Of a stretch of DNA of 64,000 bases, positions 1-13,345 are shown in pieces; the first letter of the stretch is position 1; every line of letters starts with the position of its first letter. Both the position numbers and the translations under genes were made by a program. The stretch comes from Eledone cirrhosa (Eukaryota). The notes beneath the pieces were generated by a model. The model worked only from the letters and a program-made list of their open reading frames with translations, had not been told where the DNA came from and did no database searches. The stretch lies in the NCBI GenBank assembly GCA_964016885.1, contig OZ024743.1:323330001-323394000 (forward strand), in the 5' to 3' direction.

Positions 1-957
1 TAATAGCTACAATATTATACCCAGTTGTAATATGGTGGAACTATAGGTTGATGGTTATCTGTACTTCAATGGCTGCCATAGTACTGTAGCTGTAGTAAAA
101 TGGATACTACAGAATACTAGTTAGTGTTAGAAAGTTAGAACTGCTCTTGGGTCCCAAATATTGGGGGGGAGGGGTAATTTTTCTAGGTTGTCTCTGTTGA
201 TTTTTTAAAAACCAGAATTAGTCGTTTAGTTTATATATTGAGACCCCAACCCATCCTATTTATAACATATGGGATTTCTAGTAATGTACTGTTTGTCATG
301 TATAAAGAAAATTGTCACAGGAATGCTACCACTTAAAATAAAATTTTGCCAGATATAGATTAGCAAAATTAAATAAATGTGAGGGGGGGGGGGGGCATTA
401 TTTGAGACCCAGGAGTACATCAGGGGTCTCAAACACATGACCCACAGCAGAAGAGATTTTGACTTAATATTTTCCTAAAATTGGGTAACCTGGGAAATTT
501 GACGCTCTACATTTTCTCCTAATTCATATATCTCACAATCAAATGTGTATTCATTTTGATTAGGCTGGTATTTATTATTATTTTTCTATCAATTGTACCG
601 AAGATTGACATTATGACTGGTGGAAATACACACACACAAACACACAACAGTTTCACATTTTACCACTGTTCTTCTCCTTAAGGACTTCATGACCTGGAGT
701 TTGAGACTTGGAGATAGTGGTAACTTAGTAATATAGATGTTGTTGTTGAGCTCTTCAGCTTCAAGTCAGCCATCATTATACAAAGCTTCCAGCTAAAGCA
801 TTCCAGTCGTGACCTTCCCATTTTGTATTGTGTACAGAGAATAAAGAAACACATGTTTAAGATGTGGCGGTTGATATAATTTAAGGGTGATAAAACTGCT
901 ACTTCTAATAAATCATGCAACTATGTAGAGCCACTATCTTAGCAGAATAATGATAAA

Positions 958-3385
958 GTGTAGTAGCAGTGTTATAATAGTACTGTAGTGTAGTGTAGTA
1001 GCAGTGTTATAATAGTACAGTAGTGTAATAGCTGTGTTATAATAGTACAGTAGTGTAGTGTAGTAGCTGTGTTATAAAAGTACTGTAGTGTAGTATAGTA
1101 GCAATGTTACAATAGTACTGTAGTGTCGTCTAGTAGCAGTGTTATAATAGTACAGTAGTGTAGTGTAATAGCTGTGTTATAATAGTACAGTAGTGTAGTA
1201 GCTGTGTTATAATAGTACAGTAGTGTAGTGTAGTAGCAGTGTTATAATAGTACAGTAGTGTAGTAGCTGTGTTATAATAGTACTGGAGTGTAGTGTAGTA
1301 GCAGTGTTATAATAGTACAGTAGTGTAGTGTAGTAGCAGTGTTATAATAGTACAGTAGTGTAGTGTAGTAGCTCTGTTATAATAGTACTGCAGTGTAGTC
1401 TAGTAGCAATGTTACAATAGTACTGTAGTGTCGTCTAGTAGCAGTGTTATAATAGTACAGTAGTGTAGTGTAATAGCTGTGTTATAATAGTACAGTAGTG
1501 TAGTGTAGTAGCTGTGTTATAATAGTACAGTAGTGTAGTGTGGTAGCAGTGTTATAATAGTACAGTAGTGTAGTGTAGTAGCTGTGTTATAATGGTACTG
1601 TAGTGAAGTAGCAGTGTAGTCGCTGTGTAATAATAGTACAGTAGTGTAGTGTAGTCGCAGTGTTATAATAGTACAGTAGTGTAGTGTAGTAGCTGTGTTA
1701 TAATAGTACAGTAGTCTAGTGTAGTAGCTGTGTTATAATGGTACTGTAGTAAAGTAGCAGTGTTATAATAGTACAGTAGTGTAGTATAGTCGCAGTGTTA
1801 TAATAGTACAGTAGTGTAGTAGCAGTGTTATAATAGTACAGTAGTGTAGTGTAATAGCTGTGTTATAATAGTACTGTAGTGTAGTGTAGTAGCAGTGTTA
1901 TAATAGAACAGTAGTGTAGTAGCTGTGTTATAATAGTACTGGAGTGTAGTGTAGTAGCTGTGTTATAATAGTACAGTAGTGTAGTGTAGTAGCTGTGTTG
2001 TAATAGTACAGTAGTGTAGTATAGTCGCAGTGTTATAATAGTACAGTAGTGTAGTAGCTGTGTTATAATAGTACAGTAGTGTAGTGTAATAGCTGTGTTA
2101 TAATAGTACTGTAGTGTAGTGTAGTAGCAGTGTTATAATAGAACAGTAGTGTAGTAGCTGTGTTATAATAGTACTGGAGTGTAGTGTAGTAGCTGTGTTA
2201 TAATAGTACAGTAGTGTAGTGTAGTAGCTGTGTTGTAATAGTACAGTAGTGTAGTGTAGTAGCTGTGTTATAACAGTACAGTAGTGTAGTGTAGTAGCTG
2301 TGTTATAATAGTATAGTAGTGTAGTGTAGTGTAGTAGCAGTGTTATAACAGTACAGTAGTGTAGTGTAGTAGCTTTGTTATAATAGTACAGTAGTGAAGT
2401 GTAGTGCAGTAGCTGTGTAATAATAGTACAGTAGTGTAGTGTAGTGTAGTAGCAGTGTTGTAATAGTACTGTGGTGTAGTAGCTGTGTTATAGTAGTACA
2501 GTAGTGTAGTGTAGTAGCTGAGTTATAATAGTACAGTAGTGTAGTGTAGTAGCAGTGTTATAATAGTACAGTAGTGTAGTGTAGTAGCAGTGTTATAATA
2601 GTACAGTAGTGTAGTGTAGTGTAGTAGCAGTGTTATAACAGTACAGTAGTGTAGTGTAGTAGCTTTGTTATAATAGTACAGTAGTGAAGTGTAGTGCAGT
2701 AGCTGTGTAATAATAGTACAGTAGTGTAGTGTAGTCGCAGTGTTATAATAGTACAGTAGTGTAGTGTAATAGCTGTGTTATAATAGTACAGTAGTGTAGT
2801 GTAGTATCTGTGTTATAATAGTATAGTAGTGTAGTAGCAGTTATAATAGTACAGTAGTGTAGTGTAGTGTATTTGCAATGTTATAATAGTGTAGTGTAGT
2901 ATCTGTGTTATAATAGTACTGTAGTGTAGTAGCAGCGTTATAATAGTATAGTAGTGTAGTACAGTAGTGTAATGTAGTAGCTGTGTTATAATAGTTCAGT
3001 AGTGTAGTGTAGTAGCTGTGTTATAATAGTACAGTAGTGTAGTGTAATAGCAGTGTTATAATAGTACTATAGTGTAGTTTAGTAGCAGTGTTATAATAGT
3101 ACTATAGTGTAGTTTAGTAGCAGTGTTATAATAGTACTGTAGTGTAGTGTAGTAGCAATGTTATAATAGTACTGTAATGTAGTGTAGTAGCAATGTTATA
3201 ATAGTACTGTAGTGTAGTAGCAGTGTTATAATAGTACTATAGTGTAGTTTAGTAGCAGTGTTATAATAGTACTGTAGTGTAGTGTAGTAGCAATGTTATA
3301 ATAGTACTGTAATGTAGTGTAGTAGCAATGTTATAATAGTACTGTAGTGTAGTAGCAGTGTTATAATAGTACTGTAGTGTAGTCG
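958..3385. repeat. ~2.4 kb minisatellite, ~35-bp unit GTGTTATAATAGTACAGTAGTGTAGTGTAGTAGC(A/T)
   Basis: Tandem units read directly; unit length varies 30/35/40 bp by gain or loss of a GTAGT/TGTAG 5-mer. Confidence 0.95.
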
Positions 3386-4402
3386 TTAGCTACATTACTG
3401 CCGTGTTGTAACTAAATGTACTATAACAGTCTAGTCCCATTGTTTAATAAATAAATATATTATAACAGTACAGTACTATTGTGTGTTAGCAATATTACTA
3501 TAGTCTCATAGCTAAATTGTACTACAATGTAACTACTAAACTGTAGTAGCTTGTTATATTTCAATTGAAAAATGTTAACTTATTAATTATTTTGTTACTA
3601 AGATACCACATGGCTCTTATGTAAAATTGTATTGTGAAATATTCATTTAAATTTACATAGGATCCCTTTAAAATAGGTGCTTTTGTTTTACAGAACCAGA
3701 GCCAGTTTCAGGAGTTTTGGCAATGAACGGGTTTTTGTTTTGAGCAGAAAATAATTTGTAATTAATTGAACTTATACCATAATTGATATCTAATTAGCTA
3801 ACAATAGCAGCTTTCACCAGGTTGCAGATAAAAGTCGCTCAGATTTATATATAGATTGATAGCTTTTAGTGTATGTTGTTCAGTGTCACCCACTTAATAT
3901 ATTTAGATTATTTCTGTCAAATTCCTAATATTTTGCGAATAGAAGAGTTTTCTGTGAAATTAGAATGACACTTTGACCCAATACAAAGTAGATCTTCATC
4001 ATCATCACTGTTTAATGTCTATTTTCCATGCTTGCATGAATTAGAAGGGTTGTCATGTACTGAAGTTAAGCTGGTCAGGTGACCATATCTATCTTATATG
4101 CTCAGATTTTGGCTTGGTTTTTATAGCTGGATGCCTTTCCTAGCACCAACCACTTCCGCATGTACTGGGAACATTTTATCATGCATGCACTGGATGCATT
4201 CATACATATACATAGAATACGGTATTTTTTGTTGAATCACCAGTCTGAAAAGCAAATCAATAATGGAGTTAGGCCCATAACTTCTGTAAGTGACCCTGAG
4301 CCAATCTTCTGCAAAACACGTGTAACAGGTTGATATACAATTAAAAAAATAATAACTACATGTAAATGAAACTTTATCGTTTCTCTTAATATATATATAT
4401 AT

Positions 4403-4810
4403 ATGAAGGATGACAGCTGCATAAAAAGGTGTAGAGTACTAGAAGTCGATGGAAGCAGCAGAGTGGGGAGACCCACGCAGAACTGGGATGAGGTGACAAA
4501 AGCCAACCTTACCCAATTGCACCTCTCGAGGGCAATGACACATGACTGCAACCTCTGGCGTCATGCAGTAATGCAGAAGACCCAACTTCCCACGGGTACA
4601 AGCCGAAGCTGGTTGTGGAGGTGCCACGGCAAAAAAGCACCCAGCCCACACTGTAAATGAGGTTGGTGTTAAGAAGGGCATCCAGCTGTAGAAATCAAGC
4701 CAGAATCAGTTCCCGTATGAGCAAGACAAGGTCAGCCGACTGGACACTGCCCACAACCCGTCTAACCCGTGCTAACATGGAAGAACGGAAGTAAAACGGT
4801 GATGATGATA
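4403..4810 (+). mobile_element. 3' fragment of RTE LINE (subfamily B, cf. 38229-40999)
   Basis: [24 protein letters not shown] matches the end of ORF 38621..40693; same 3' UTR and GGTGATGATGAT tail; starts in (TA)n. Confidence 0.9.
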
Positions 4811-4825
4811 GTGATATATATATAT

Positions 4826-5152
4826 CCCACCCCATCCACACCACCCCGTTCCATGTAAAGTTATGTTGGTGCCGCGCCATCCAGGCCGAAACAAACGAGA
4901 TCGTGTAGGTGTCACGACAAAAAAACACACAGTCCACGCTGTAATGTGGCCGTGTAGGCAACACGGTAAAAACCTCCCAGACCCACACTGTAAATGTGGT
5001 TGGTGTTAGGAAGGGCATCCAACTGTAGAAAACCTGCCAGACAGTCCTATGCGAGCAAGACAATCACTCTTGCCTCAAGTGGGACTACCCCCGTCCAAAC
5101 CCATGCAAGCGTGGAACACGGACGTTAAACGTTGATGATGATGATGATGATA
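4826..5152 (+). mobile_element. 3' UTR-only fragment of RTE LINE subfamily A
   Basis: Near-identical to 9580-9895; ends GGACGTTAAACG(T)(GAT)n. Confidence 0.85.
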
Positions 5153-6198
5153 TATATAGTTGTTTCTAATTTTGGCATAAGGCTAGCAAATATCCCAGTG
5201 CATTACTGGTGCTTTATTTTATTGACCCCATAAGGATGAAAGCAATGTTAACCTCGGGTATAAATCAAAGTTGTAATCACAGTATAGCAGATACCAATTG
5301 AATTGTTTGAGGCAGTCACAAAAGCACTCAACGGTGTGAAAAGTTAATACGTTTTGATCCAAAGTAAACACAAAAAATGATTAAAGTGGCCATAATACTA
5401 CCACAATAACGATATATACAAACAGGTTGAATACTAACCTCTGATTGATCAATTGTAATGTGTAATTTCATAGAACTATGGGTATTCTCATGTGGTTTGG
5501 TATCTGGGTGTCTTATACATCCCTTGATGGAAAACACAGTCAAAGGTTGCTGAGTATCTGGGTATCTCAGAAGGAAGCAGTAGACTTTATTGTCTAGTGG
5601 ATAACAAGATGGTCAATGGTGTTAATACAAAGTGACCAAGAGGAAGTGGGATGAACACCAGAAGATGATGGAATGTATGAACCCATAACTCCTGAGGAGT
5701 CATAGGGGTGCTGTAGTGACATACAGCATGTCTTAGGCACTTTAAACCTGGCAAAGCCCATCTCCTCTGTAGGTCTCAACACAACTGATTTCTTCTCAAG
5801 AAGGATTGACAATGAGAGTAAGGGGAAATCAAAAAGGAACATAGAAGAATAAACAACCCCAGTACTACACTGGTACATTTTTATCGACCACAAAAGGACA
5901 AAAGGCAAAGTTGATCTCGGCAGGATTTGAACTCAGGGTGCTGAGAGCCAGAACGAATATCATTAAGCATTCTATCCAATGTTCTAACAACTCTGTCAAT
6001 TCGCCCTCCTTAACCATTTAGTTACCAACATGGCTAAAACTGGCTCTGATTCTATGAAATAAAACCACCCATTTTAAAGGTTTCCAATTTAAATTAAAAT
6101 CTTCCAGCATAATTTTATATAAGAACCTTACATTAAGCTACTATTTTAGTAATGAAATAATTAATAATTTTAATAAATCCCTTGAAATTCTTCATTAA

Positions 6199-6351
6199 CC
6201 CATTAGCATTTAAACTGGCTCTATCCAGCCAGAATTCTCTCTCCTTTTTCTGTTCAAAATGGCCGTAACCATCCACTCATACCAAATGTGAGATAAAGCC
6301 TTTACTGTGAAAATACAATAGTAAATATAGCGTAATGCAATGGTTAAAGGC
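6199..6351. mobile_element. piggyBac-type MITE (degenerate copy)
   Basis: TTAA|CCCATTAGCATTTA ... TTAAAGGC|TTAA; body homologous to 21583-21787. Confidence 0.6.
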
Positions 6352-6757
6352 TTAATTAATTAAAATAGTCTATTTCATTAGAAATGTGGTCATGAAAGAG
6401 ATAACAGACAGTGAATTGGCAATTTGAAACAAGAGATGGATTTGTGAGAGACTCTTACATCTGTTCATGTTGTGTAGCTTTTATGAGTGAGACAAAATAG
6501 ATGACAATACTGATGATGATGATGGTAATGATAATAATAACAATTATGTCCGTATAGAGACATATCAGCTATGATCAAATGTATTCCAGTCATCACTGTA
6601 TTTTTTATTTTTTTCAAGCATGTCTATCTAGCAATTCATTATCTAATATATCCTCTCTTTTCCCTTTTTTTAAAGATTTTTTGGAAGATTTGGTTCCTAT
6701 TTCTAGCAAGTCGTGTGACCTTTTAGAGACACATTTGTTTGCTAGATTGCATAAAAT

Positions 6758-6925
6758 TGTTTCTACTTTTGGCACAAGGCCAGCAATTATCCCAGTACAT
6801 TACTGGTACTTTATTTTATCCACCCTGTAAGGATGAAAGGCAAAGTGAACCTCGGCAGGATTTGAAATCAGACCATAAAGCGGCATAACTCTATGCTGCA
6901 AAGCAAGGCATCCGACCTTCTACTG
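6758..6925 (-). mobile_element. tRNA-derived SINE family 2 copy
   Basis: Homologous to 62095-62280; similar copies near 5161, 5860, 8395, 12120, 23320, 26150, 63020. Confidence 0.8.
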
Positions 6926-7027
6926 ATACTGCCAAAACCCCGCTAGATTTCATAATAATGATGGTGATAATTTCTTCTTCCAATTTATTTTCTTGTTTTT
7001 TTTTTTGTTGATTTTTTTTTTATTCAG

Positions 7028-7128
7028 ATACCAGACAGTTTATGCCACAAAGATTGTATACATGGCTGTCATGGGAACACTGCATTTGATTGTAATGCCT
7101 GTAGATACTTCAAAATAATTTCAAATGG
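7028..7128 (+). CDS. Furin-2/PCSK5-like convertase, Cys-rich exon 1 in window (IPDSLCHKDCIHGCHGNTAFDCNACRYFKIISNG)
   Basis: Polypyrimidine+CAG acceptor, GTGAGT donor; CxxxCxxGCxG..C..C pattern like the first furin-like repeat of PC5/furin2; ends in phase 2. Confidence 0.88.
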
Positions 7129-7544
7129 GTGAGTATTATGGCTTTTACCCTTATACTTGCTATGTGTTTATTACACCACCTTCTTCTTCTTCTTCTTCTT
7201 CTTCTTCAAATGTACACAATTTTTTGTCATCTGGATCTCCAAGTAGAGATGATCTTCCTGGATCTGGATCATAAATCAGTGATCCTGGAAATTTACAGCA
7301 ACAAGGGTGGCTACCTTGAAACTAGTGATTCTTTTTTTACTCAAATGGACCTCCATGAGTGTTCAAATTGATTGATCAATGGAGCAACTTGCCCAAGGGT
7401 TAATGTAATTCTCAAGTAGATTCATCATGACACCTTATGTAACAATGATGAGTGTTGGGTAGCTGTGAAACCAGTTCAATCTAAGGAAAAAGGAATGTAT
7501 GAAGTTGTAAGGTGGTAAAGGTGGTCTAAAGTCTGTCTCAAAGC

Positions 7545-7801
7545 TAAGAGGCTTGTCAGACTGGTGCTTATCCCGGTTTCATGGCATGAAGTGACTAAGA
7601 GTACAAGTCCCCCCTGGACAGGATGCCAGTCCATCGCAGGGTTAAACTCCCAGCAATTGCTGGGTACCCATTTTCAGCTGACTATACTGGAGCAACATAA
7701 AATGAAATGTTTTGCTCAAGAACACAACCCAGCCCAGGAATTGAACCCATGACATTATGATCGTAAGTCCAACACCCTTACCACAAGTCTATGTGCCTCC
7801 A
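7545..7801 (-). mobile_element. Older tRNA-SINE with V-domain-like segment
   Basis: - strand GGAGGCACA head, GGTTCAATTCC B-box, GATGGACTGGCATCCTGTCCAGGGG internal motif. Confidence 0.6.
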
Positions 7802-8227
7802 TCAGTACACCCTGTAAAGTGGTAGTGCCAGGGTCATGATAAAATGCTCCTAATATGCTATAAAGTGGCTGATTTTAGGAAGGCATCCAGCTATAGAAAC
7901 CAAGCCAAAATCTGAACATATGATAGACATAATCACCTGACCAGTCTAGCTTCAGTACATGACAACTCATCTGACAAGCTTCAAAACAGTTTTCTTCTGC
8001 CCAGTCTTACTCACGTGACCTAGGTCCACCTGAGGATTAGCATAAATGACATTTGCCCAAGATGCCATGCAGTGTGATTGAACCCAAGATCTAATGATTG
8101 AGAAGCAAATCTTTTAACTATTCAGACGTTAATGGTTTACATATCACTAGAGTTGGTATATTCCAGAATCTTCCAAACTTGTTTCATTCTAATTACTTTC
8201 TTATCTTTTCTGGGGTTTTTTTTTCAG

Positions 8228-8367
8228 AAAATGCATCTCATCTTGTCCAAATGGTTTCTATGGTAACCCTGAAACACAAATATGTCATCAATGTATAGCC
8301 CAGTGTCAAATCTGTGATGGACCACTAACAAGCAACTGTAAATCATGTGAAGATGGATATTATATGG
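8228..8367 (+). CDS. PCSK5/furin2-like exon (KCISSCPNGFYGNPETQICHQCIAQCQICDGPLTSNCKSCEDGYYM)
   Basis: TTTTCAG acceptor, GTAATG donor; phase 2 to 1, compatible with both neighbours; furin-like repeat. Confidence 0.9.
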
Positions 8368-8502
8368 GTAATGTATAATACCTTCTTGTCCCTCATATTT
8401 TTTTTATTGACCTCAAAAAAATGAGAATCAAAGTTAACCTTAGTGGGATTTGAACCCACAGAGCAGACATCTGGAATGAATAGCACAAAGTATTCTTTGC
8501 CC

Positions 8503-9895
8503 TTCAGGCTATAACAGAGGAGTTCAAGACCGGCTGCCCATGGGAACTCCTATATGCAGATGATCTAACGCTTGTAGCTGAATCAATGGCTGAACTAGAG
8601 AAGAAATTCCAAACATGGAAGCATGGCCTAGAATCAAAAGGCCTTAAAATTAACTTGTCTAAGACTAAAGTTCTAGTTTGTAGGAAGGAAAATAGGGCAC
8701 CGGTCCCATCTGGGAAATGGCCATGCTCAGTGTGTAGGAAAGGAGTAGGTAGAAACTCCATTTTATGTCCCAAATGCAAAGTATGGGTACATAAAAGATG
8801 TAGTGGGATCACAGGTAAGCTAACTAAGAATATAGATTTTATATGTGGCCGGTGCTCTGGTGCAATAAGTAGCAGCAAGTGCCCACAGAATACTAACTCA
8901 TTCCATTGCACAGATGGTTCTATAGAAATAGTGGACAGCTTCCGTTACCTGGGTGATAAAATCAGCAGTAGGGGAGGGTGCTCTGAAAGTACAGTAGCTA
9001 GAGTCAGAACGGGGTGGAAAAAGTTCAGAGAGCTTATACCACTATTGGCCGCTAAAGGGTTCTCTCTAAAAATGAAAGGCAGGCTGTATGATGCCTGCAT
9101 ACGAACAGCAATGTTACATGGCAGTGAGACCTGGGCATTGTGTGCAGAGGATATACGCAGACTGGAGAGAAACGAAGCTTGCATGCTCCGCTGGATGTGT
9201 AATAGTAATATACGTGAGCGGCAAAGCATAAACGAACTAAGGGAAAAATTAGAAATAAGAGGGATCAGATGTTGTCTACTCGAGAGAAGACTGCGTTGGT
9301 ATGGTCACGTGATGCGCATGAAAGACGACAGCTGTATAAAAAAGTGCAGGGCAATAAAAATAGACGGTAGCCACGGAGTAGGCAGACCCAGAAAAACCTG
9401 GGACGACTTGATAAATTCCGACCTCACACACTTACACCTCTCCAAGACAATGTCACTGGACCGAGAGCTTTGGCGCTACACAGTAATAGAGAAGACCCGC
9501 CTTACCTAAGTACAAAGTGAAACCTGCTACAGTCAGTAGGCACCTCTAACAAAATACACCCCCGTCCCACTACCCACACCCCATCCACACCACCCCTTTC
9601 AATGTAAAGTTATGTTGGTACCACAACATCCATTCCGAAACAAATGAGGTCGTGTAGGTGTCAACGACAAAAAAACACACAGTCCACGCTGTAATGTGGC
9701 CGTGTAGGTAACACGGTAAGAACCTCCCAGTTCCACACTGTAAATGTGGTTGGTGTTAGGAAGGGCATCCGGTCGAAGAAAACCAGCCAGACAGTCCTAT
9801 GCGAGCAAGACAACCACTCTTGCCTCAAGTGGGAAAACTCCCGTCCAAACCCATGCAAGCGTGGAATATGGACGTTAAACGATGATGATGATGAT
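8503..9895 (+). mobile_element. 5'-truncated RTE LINE subfamily A (RT C-half with PHD-type finger), intronic
   Basis: [13 protein letters not shown]4HC3 finger, [19 protein letters not shown]; ORF 8586..9509; (GAT)n tail; interrupts a SINE2 copy. Confidence 0.95.
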
Positions 9896-10497
9896 TCTAT
9901 CTGATGTTCTAGTGACTCTGCTAATTTGCCACATAACAGTTGTGTTCACTTTACTTGCTCTAAATATATACTACATAAAGACAGTGAAGTTCTATACTTT
10001 TTATGTGATAGACCTAACACACTGCCTGCTTTAGCAACCCAAATAGATCCTGGGTGTCTTTTATAGAATTTACTTTTTTGTGAGTGTTCAAATAGATCAG
10101 TCTACAACCTTTCTCAGCCCATTGTTCCCTCTCTACCCATGTTTTTTTCTGTAGACATTAAACTAGTCATGGTGGTGGTGGTGGTTGCTGCTGCTGCTGC
10201 TGCAGAATACACGTGGAAGTATATCATCATACATCCATTTTTCCATGTTGTCATGTATTGAACTGATCTCACAGCTTCCCAACACTCATCATAGTCCTTG
10301 GTTCTATCTCTCTCTCTCTCTCTCTCTCTCCCTCTCACACACACTGTGTAACAGAAAAATAACAAACTTTGTTGTGTGTGTCTTTTACTGTTTTTACTGT
10401 GGGAGCTTGGCTTCATTTCTATCCAGCCTCCATATTTTCTCTGTATTTACTGCCAATGTCTCACTGCCATGCTACATCACACTTTTCACACAGACAT

Positions 10498-11110
10498 CAT
10501 ATAATTTACCCTATGCTCATAGAAAAAATCCCTTTGTTGTTAACAGAGGCAGTAGCTCACTGAATATAGTAGCTCTCAGAACAACCTCCTCCACTGTTAA
10601 TTCGGTCACCTAAGTAACAGAATCTATCGACTACTTCTATGACACCTTGAGATTGGAAAAGGTTTATTTACTGCTGCTGTTACTACCCACTATTTCTGTG
10701 TATGTGCCACATATAAAGTCTATCTTTTATGTTAGCTTGCCTACAATTCCACTATACCTTACACTGTGTACATTGTTCAGAGTTCTTACTCCTTTTAAGC
10801 ATGGCTACCTCCTTGATGAATCAGTCTTGTCCTCTTTCCTAATACTTTGGTCTTTGCTAGCTTTACTGAGTCTTTTTTATTCTAAATGCTGTTTCCACAG
10901 CAGGAATCTCTCTCTAGCTCCTCCACAGATTCAGCAATAATAATCATATTATCAGCATACAGGAGTTCTCATGGACTGCCAGTCTTAAACTTCTCTGTCA
11001 TGACCTTGAGAACTATAATAAACCAGAGGAAGCTGAGGACTGAGCCTTGATGTACATTGAATTCCTCACTAAACTCATTACCTATTCTCACTTTACTGAC
11101 AGCACTGCTT
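10498..11110 (-). mobile_element. Old degenerate RTE LINE fragment
   Basis: Recognisable remnants of [27 protein letters not shown] and VHQGSVLS on the - strand, with stops and deletions. Confidence 0.7.
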
Positions 11111-11139
11111 TCAGGAGCCACACATCTATCAGATCTTAT

Positions 11140-11272
11140 TCAGAGTTACTGTTCTCTTAGATTGGTTGCCTGTGGTGCAACCTCAATACCGCTCTCCTAG
11201 ATTGGTTGCGTATGATGTTGCCTCAGTACTGTTCTCCTAGATTTGTTGCCTGTGATGCAGCTTGAGATGTCC
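11140..11272. repeat. ~40-bp tandem repeat x3 (ACTGTTCTCCTAGATTGGTTGCCTGTG...)
   Basis: Three degenerate copies just upstream of exon 11367. Confidence 0.65.
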
Positions 11273-11366
11273 GTCCTTATCTATTTCATTTATTCCTCTC
11301 TTAATTTTTTTTTATATGTATTAATTGGTTATTGTGAACTGCAACATAGCTTATTTTCTTTTACAG

Positions 11367-11526
11367 ATAAAATCAACCAGAAATGCAACCCATGCGAAAA
11401 GCCCTGTGATAATTGTCAACATATTGCCAGCAACTGTACATCATGTTTAAAGAATTACAGACTGTCTGGTAGTACATGTGTGCAGGCAAGTGTGTGCGCT
11501 AACTCTGAATATCACGTTGATGGAGT
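11367..11526 (+). CDS. PCSK5/furin2-like exon (DKINQKCNPCEKPCDNCQHIASNCTSCLKNYRLSGSTCVQASVCANSEYHVDGV)
   Basis: TTTTACAG acceptor, GTAAGT donor; phase 1 to 2; furin-like repeat. Confidence 0.9.
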
Positions 11527-11900
11527 GTAAGTAGCACTTCGTATATTTAATGGCCATCTCGAATCTTATATGTACTTATGTAGATCATCATCATTTAACG
11601 TCCACTTTCCCTGCTAGCAAGGGTTGGATGGATCTTCACAGACCAAGTCAGTACTGAAGCAGGGCTATTGACCTCCCAGACAGGCCAGTGGTCTGCATCC
11701 TGCTTACATACAGTTCCTCATTTAACGAAGTGTACAAGAGAGGGTGTCATGTCATTGACACAACTTTACAGTGCTTTTATCATGTAGGTTACTAACACAA
11801 GAGAAGGTGTCATGAGTTTGAAACTGAAGGGTCCTCCCAACCCTTTGTTTAGCAATCAGTTTTATATTAGTATTCATTTGATATTTATTTATATGCACTA

Positions 11901-11999
11901 CAGGGTGTCCCAAAAAATGTATACACACTTCAACGACATTCCAATAAATATTGCCTATACAGGTAATCAAAGTCTGTTTACATTTTTTGGGACATCCTG
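11901..11999. mobile_element. Tc1/mariner-type MITE (99 bp)
   Basis: TA|CAGGGTGTCCCAAAAAATGTA ... TACATTTTTTGGGACATCCTG|TA: 21-bp TIRs with 1 mismatch, TA TSD. Confidence 0.85.
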
Positions 12000-12477
12000 T
12001 ATATATGTGTCATGATAAAGTTAAACATGTATTTGCTGACTTTACTATTTCCCTGTCTGTGAAGGTTTTGGTTTTGTTTACATTTAAAAGTTGAGCTTAG
12101 ACTTTTCTTTCACAATTATAGTAGGGAATTGGTAGATTCAGTAGAACATCAGAATGTATTCCAGCTTGAAATTTTAATTTAAAACCTGACAAGTTCAACT
12201 TTGCCTTTCAGCCTTCCAGGATCAATAAATATACTACCAGTCTAATAAAAGCAGAATAATAATGATGGGAAGGTCATTGCTGAACTGTTTTTCATTATTG
12301 ATCAATAGAATCAGGGTTTACTTAAGATTAAACAACAACATTGACAATTGTTTGTTCATATAGCACAATGGATTATAGGAGTGATTCACTTATTAGATGA
12401 AAGTGTATATATATGTATTAAAGTAATTCTGTACATATGACTGTATTTACATATATACTAACATTACTTGAAGGAAT

Positions 12478-12815
12478 ATCATTTCATTTCATTTTACGTC
12501 CGATTTTTCCCTGCCTGCAAGGGTGGGACGGGAACTGATTCTGGCTTGATTTCTACAGCTGGATGCCCTTCCTAACACCAACCTCATTTACAGTGAGTGC
12601 TGGGTGCTTTTTTGCCGTGGCACCTCCACGACCACTTTGCAGGGGGATGATATGGACCCCAGTCCTTATCACTTCATTTCTACAGCTGAGTAAACTGGAG
12701 CAATGTGAAATAAAGTGTCTTGCTCAAGGAAACAACACATCACCCGGTTTGAGAATTGAACTCACAACCTTTCGATTGCAAGGTCAATGCTCTAACCACT
12801 AAGCCATGTGCCTAC
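12478..12815 (-). mobile_element. tRNA-SINE family 1 (RTE-type tail), full length
   Basis: Reverse complement of 32204-32542. Confidence 0.9.
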
Positions 12816-13150
12816 ATCTACTATTCTTCTTCATCATCATCATCATCTTTCTCTTCTTCCTCCTCCTCTCCTTCTTCCTCTTCCTCATCATATGTCTACA
12901 CTCCATGTTAATATGGTATGTCAGGTCATTATAGACTGAATCAGTTCTTATTCTGAAGTGGTTCTCCAAGATGGATCAGAGGCCCACACCTCACTCATAT
13001 ATTTCAATATTTTTGACATAGCTTCTATGGCTGGATGCCCTTCCTAACACCAACCACTCAACAAAACTGTACATTGTTATGTACAGTTTTATTCCCTCAA
13101 GTAATGTTAGTATATATGTAAATATAGTCATGTGTACAAAAATACTTTAA

Positions 13151-13345
13151 CCCAAAGCCATGTATGGCCAGAATTCTCTCACCTCTTTCTGTTCAAACCG
13201 GCTATAATCGGCCACTCATACTGATGTTAACATGTTGTTCTCAAAATAAATAACATCAAAATCTCATAGATTCGATATTATGTGAGATAAAGCCGTTACT
13301 GTGGAAATACAATAATACATATAGAGTAATGTAAATGTTAAAGAG
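13151..13345. mobile_element. piggyBac-type MITE copy
   Basis: Flanked by TTAA; body homologous to 21583-21787. Confidence 0.6.

Noticed and set aside
958-3385. Regular repeat that could resemble a CRISPR array or telomere
   Set aside because: No unique spacers, no cas genes, eukaryotic context, and not TTAGGG
3694-3730. Possible upstream convertase exon after TTTTACAG
   Set aside because: Weak donor and no recognisable P-domain or Cys-rich sequence
12563-12802. Recurrent [11 protein letters not shown]... ORFs
   Set aside because: Antisense translations of the SINE1/RTE 3' module
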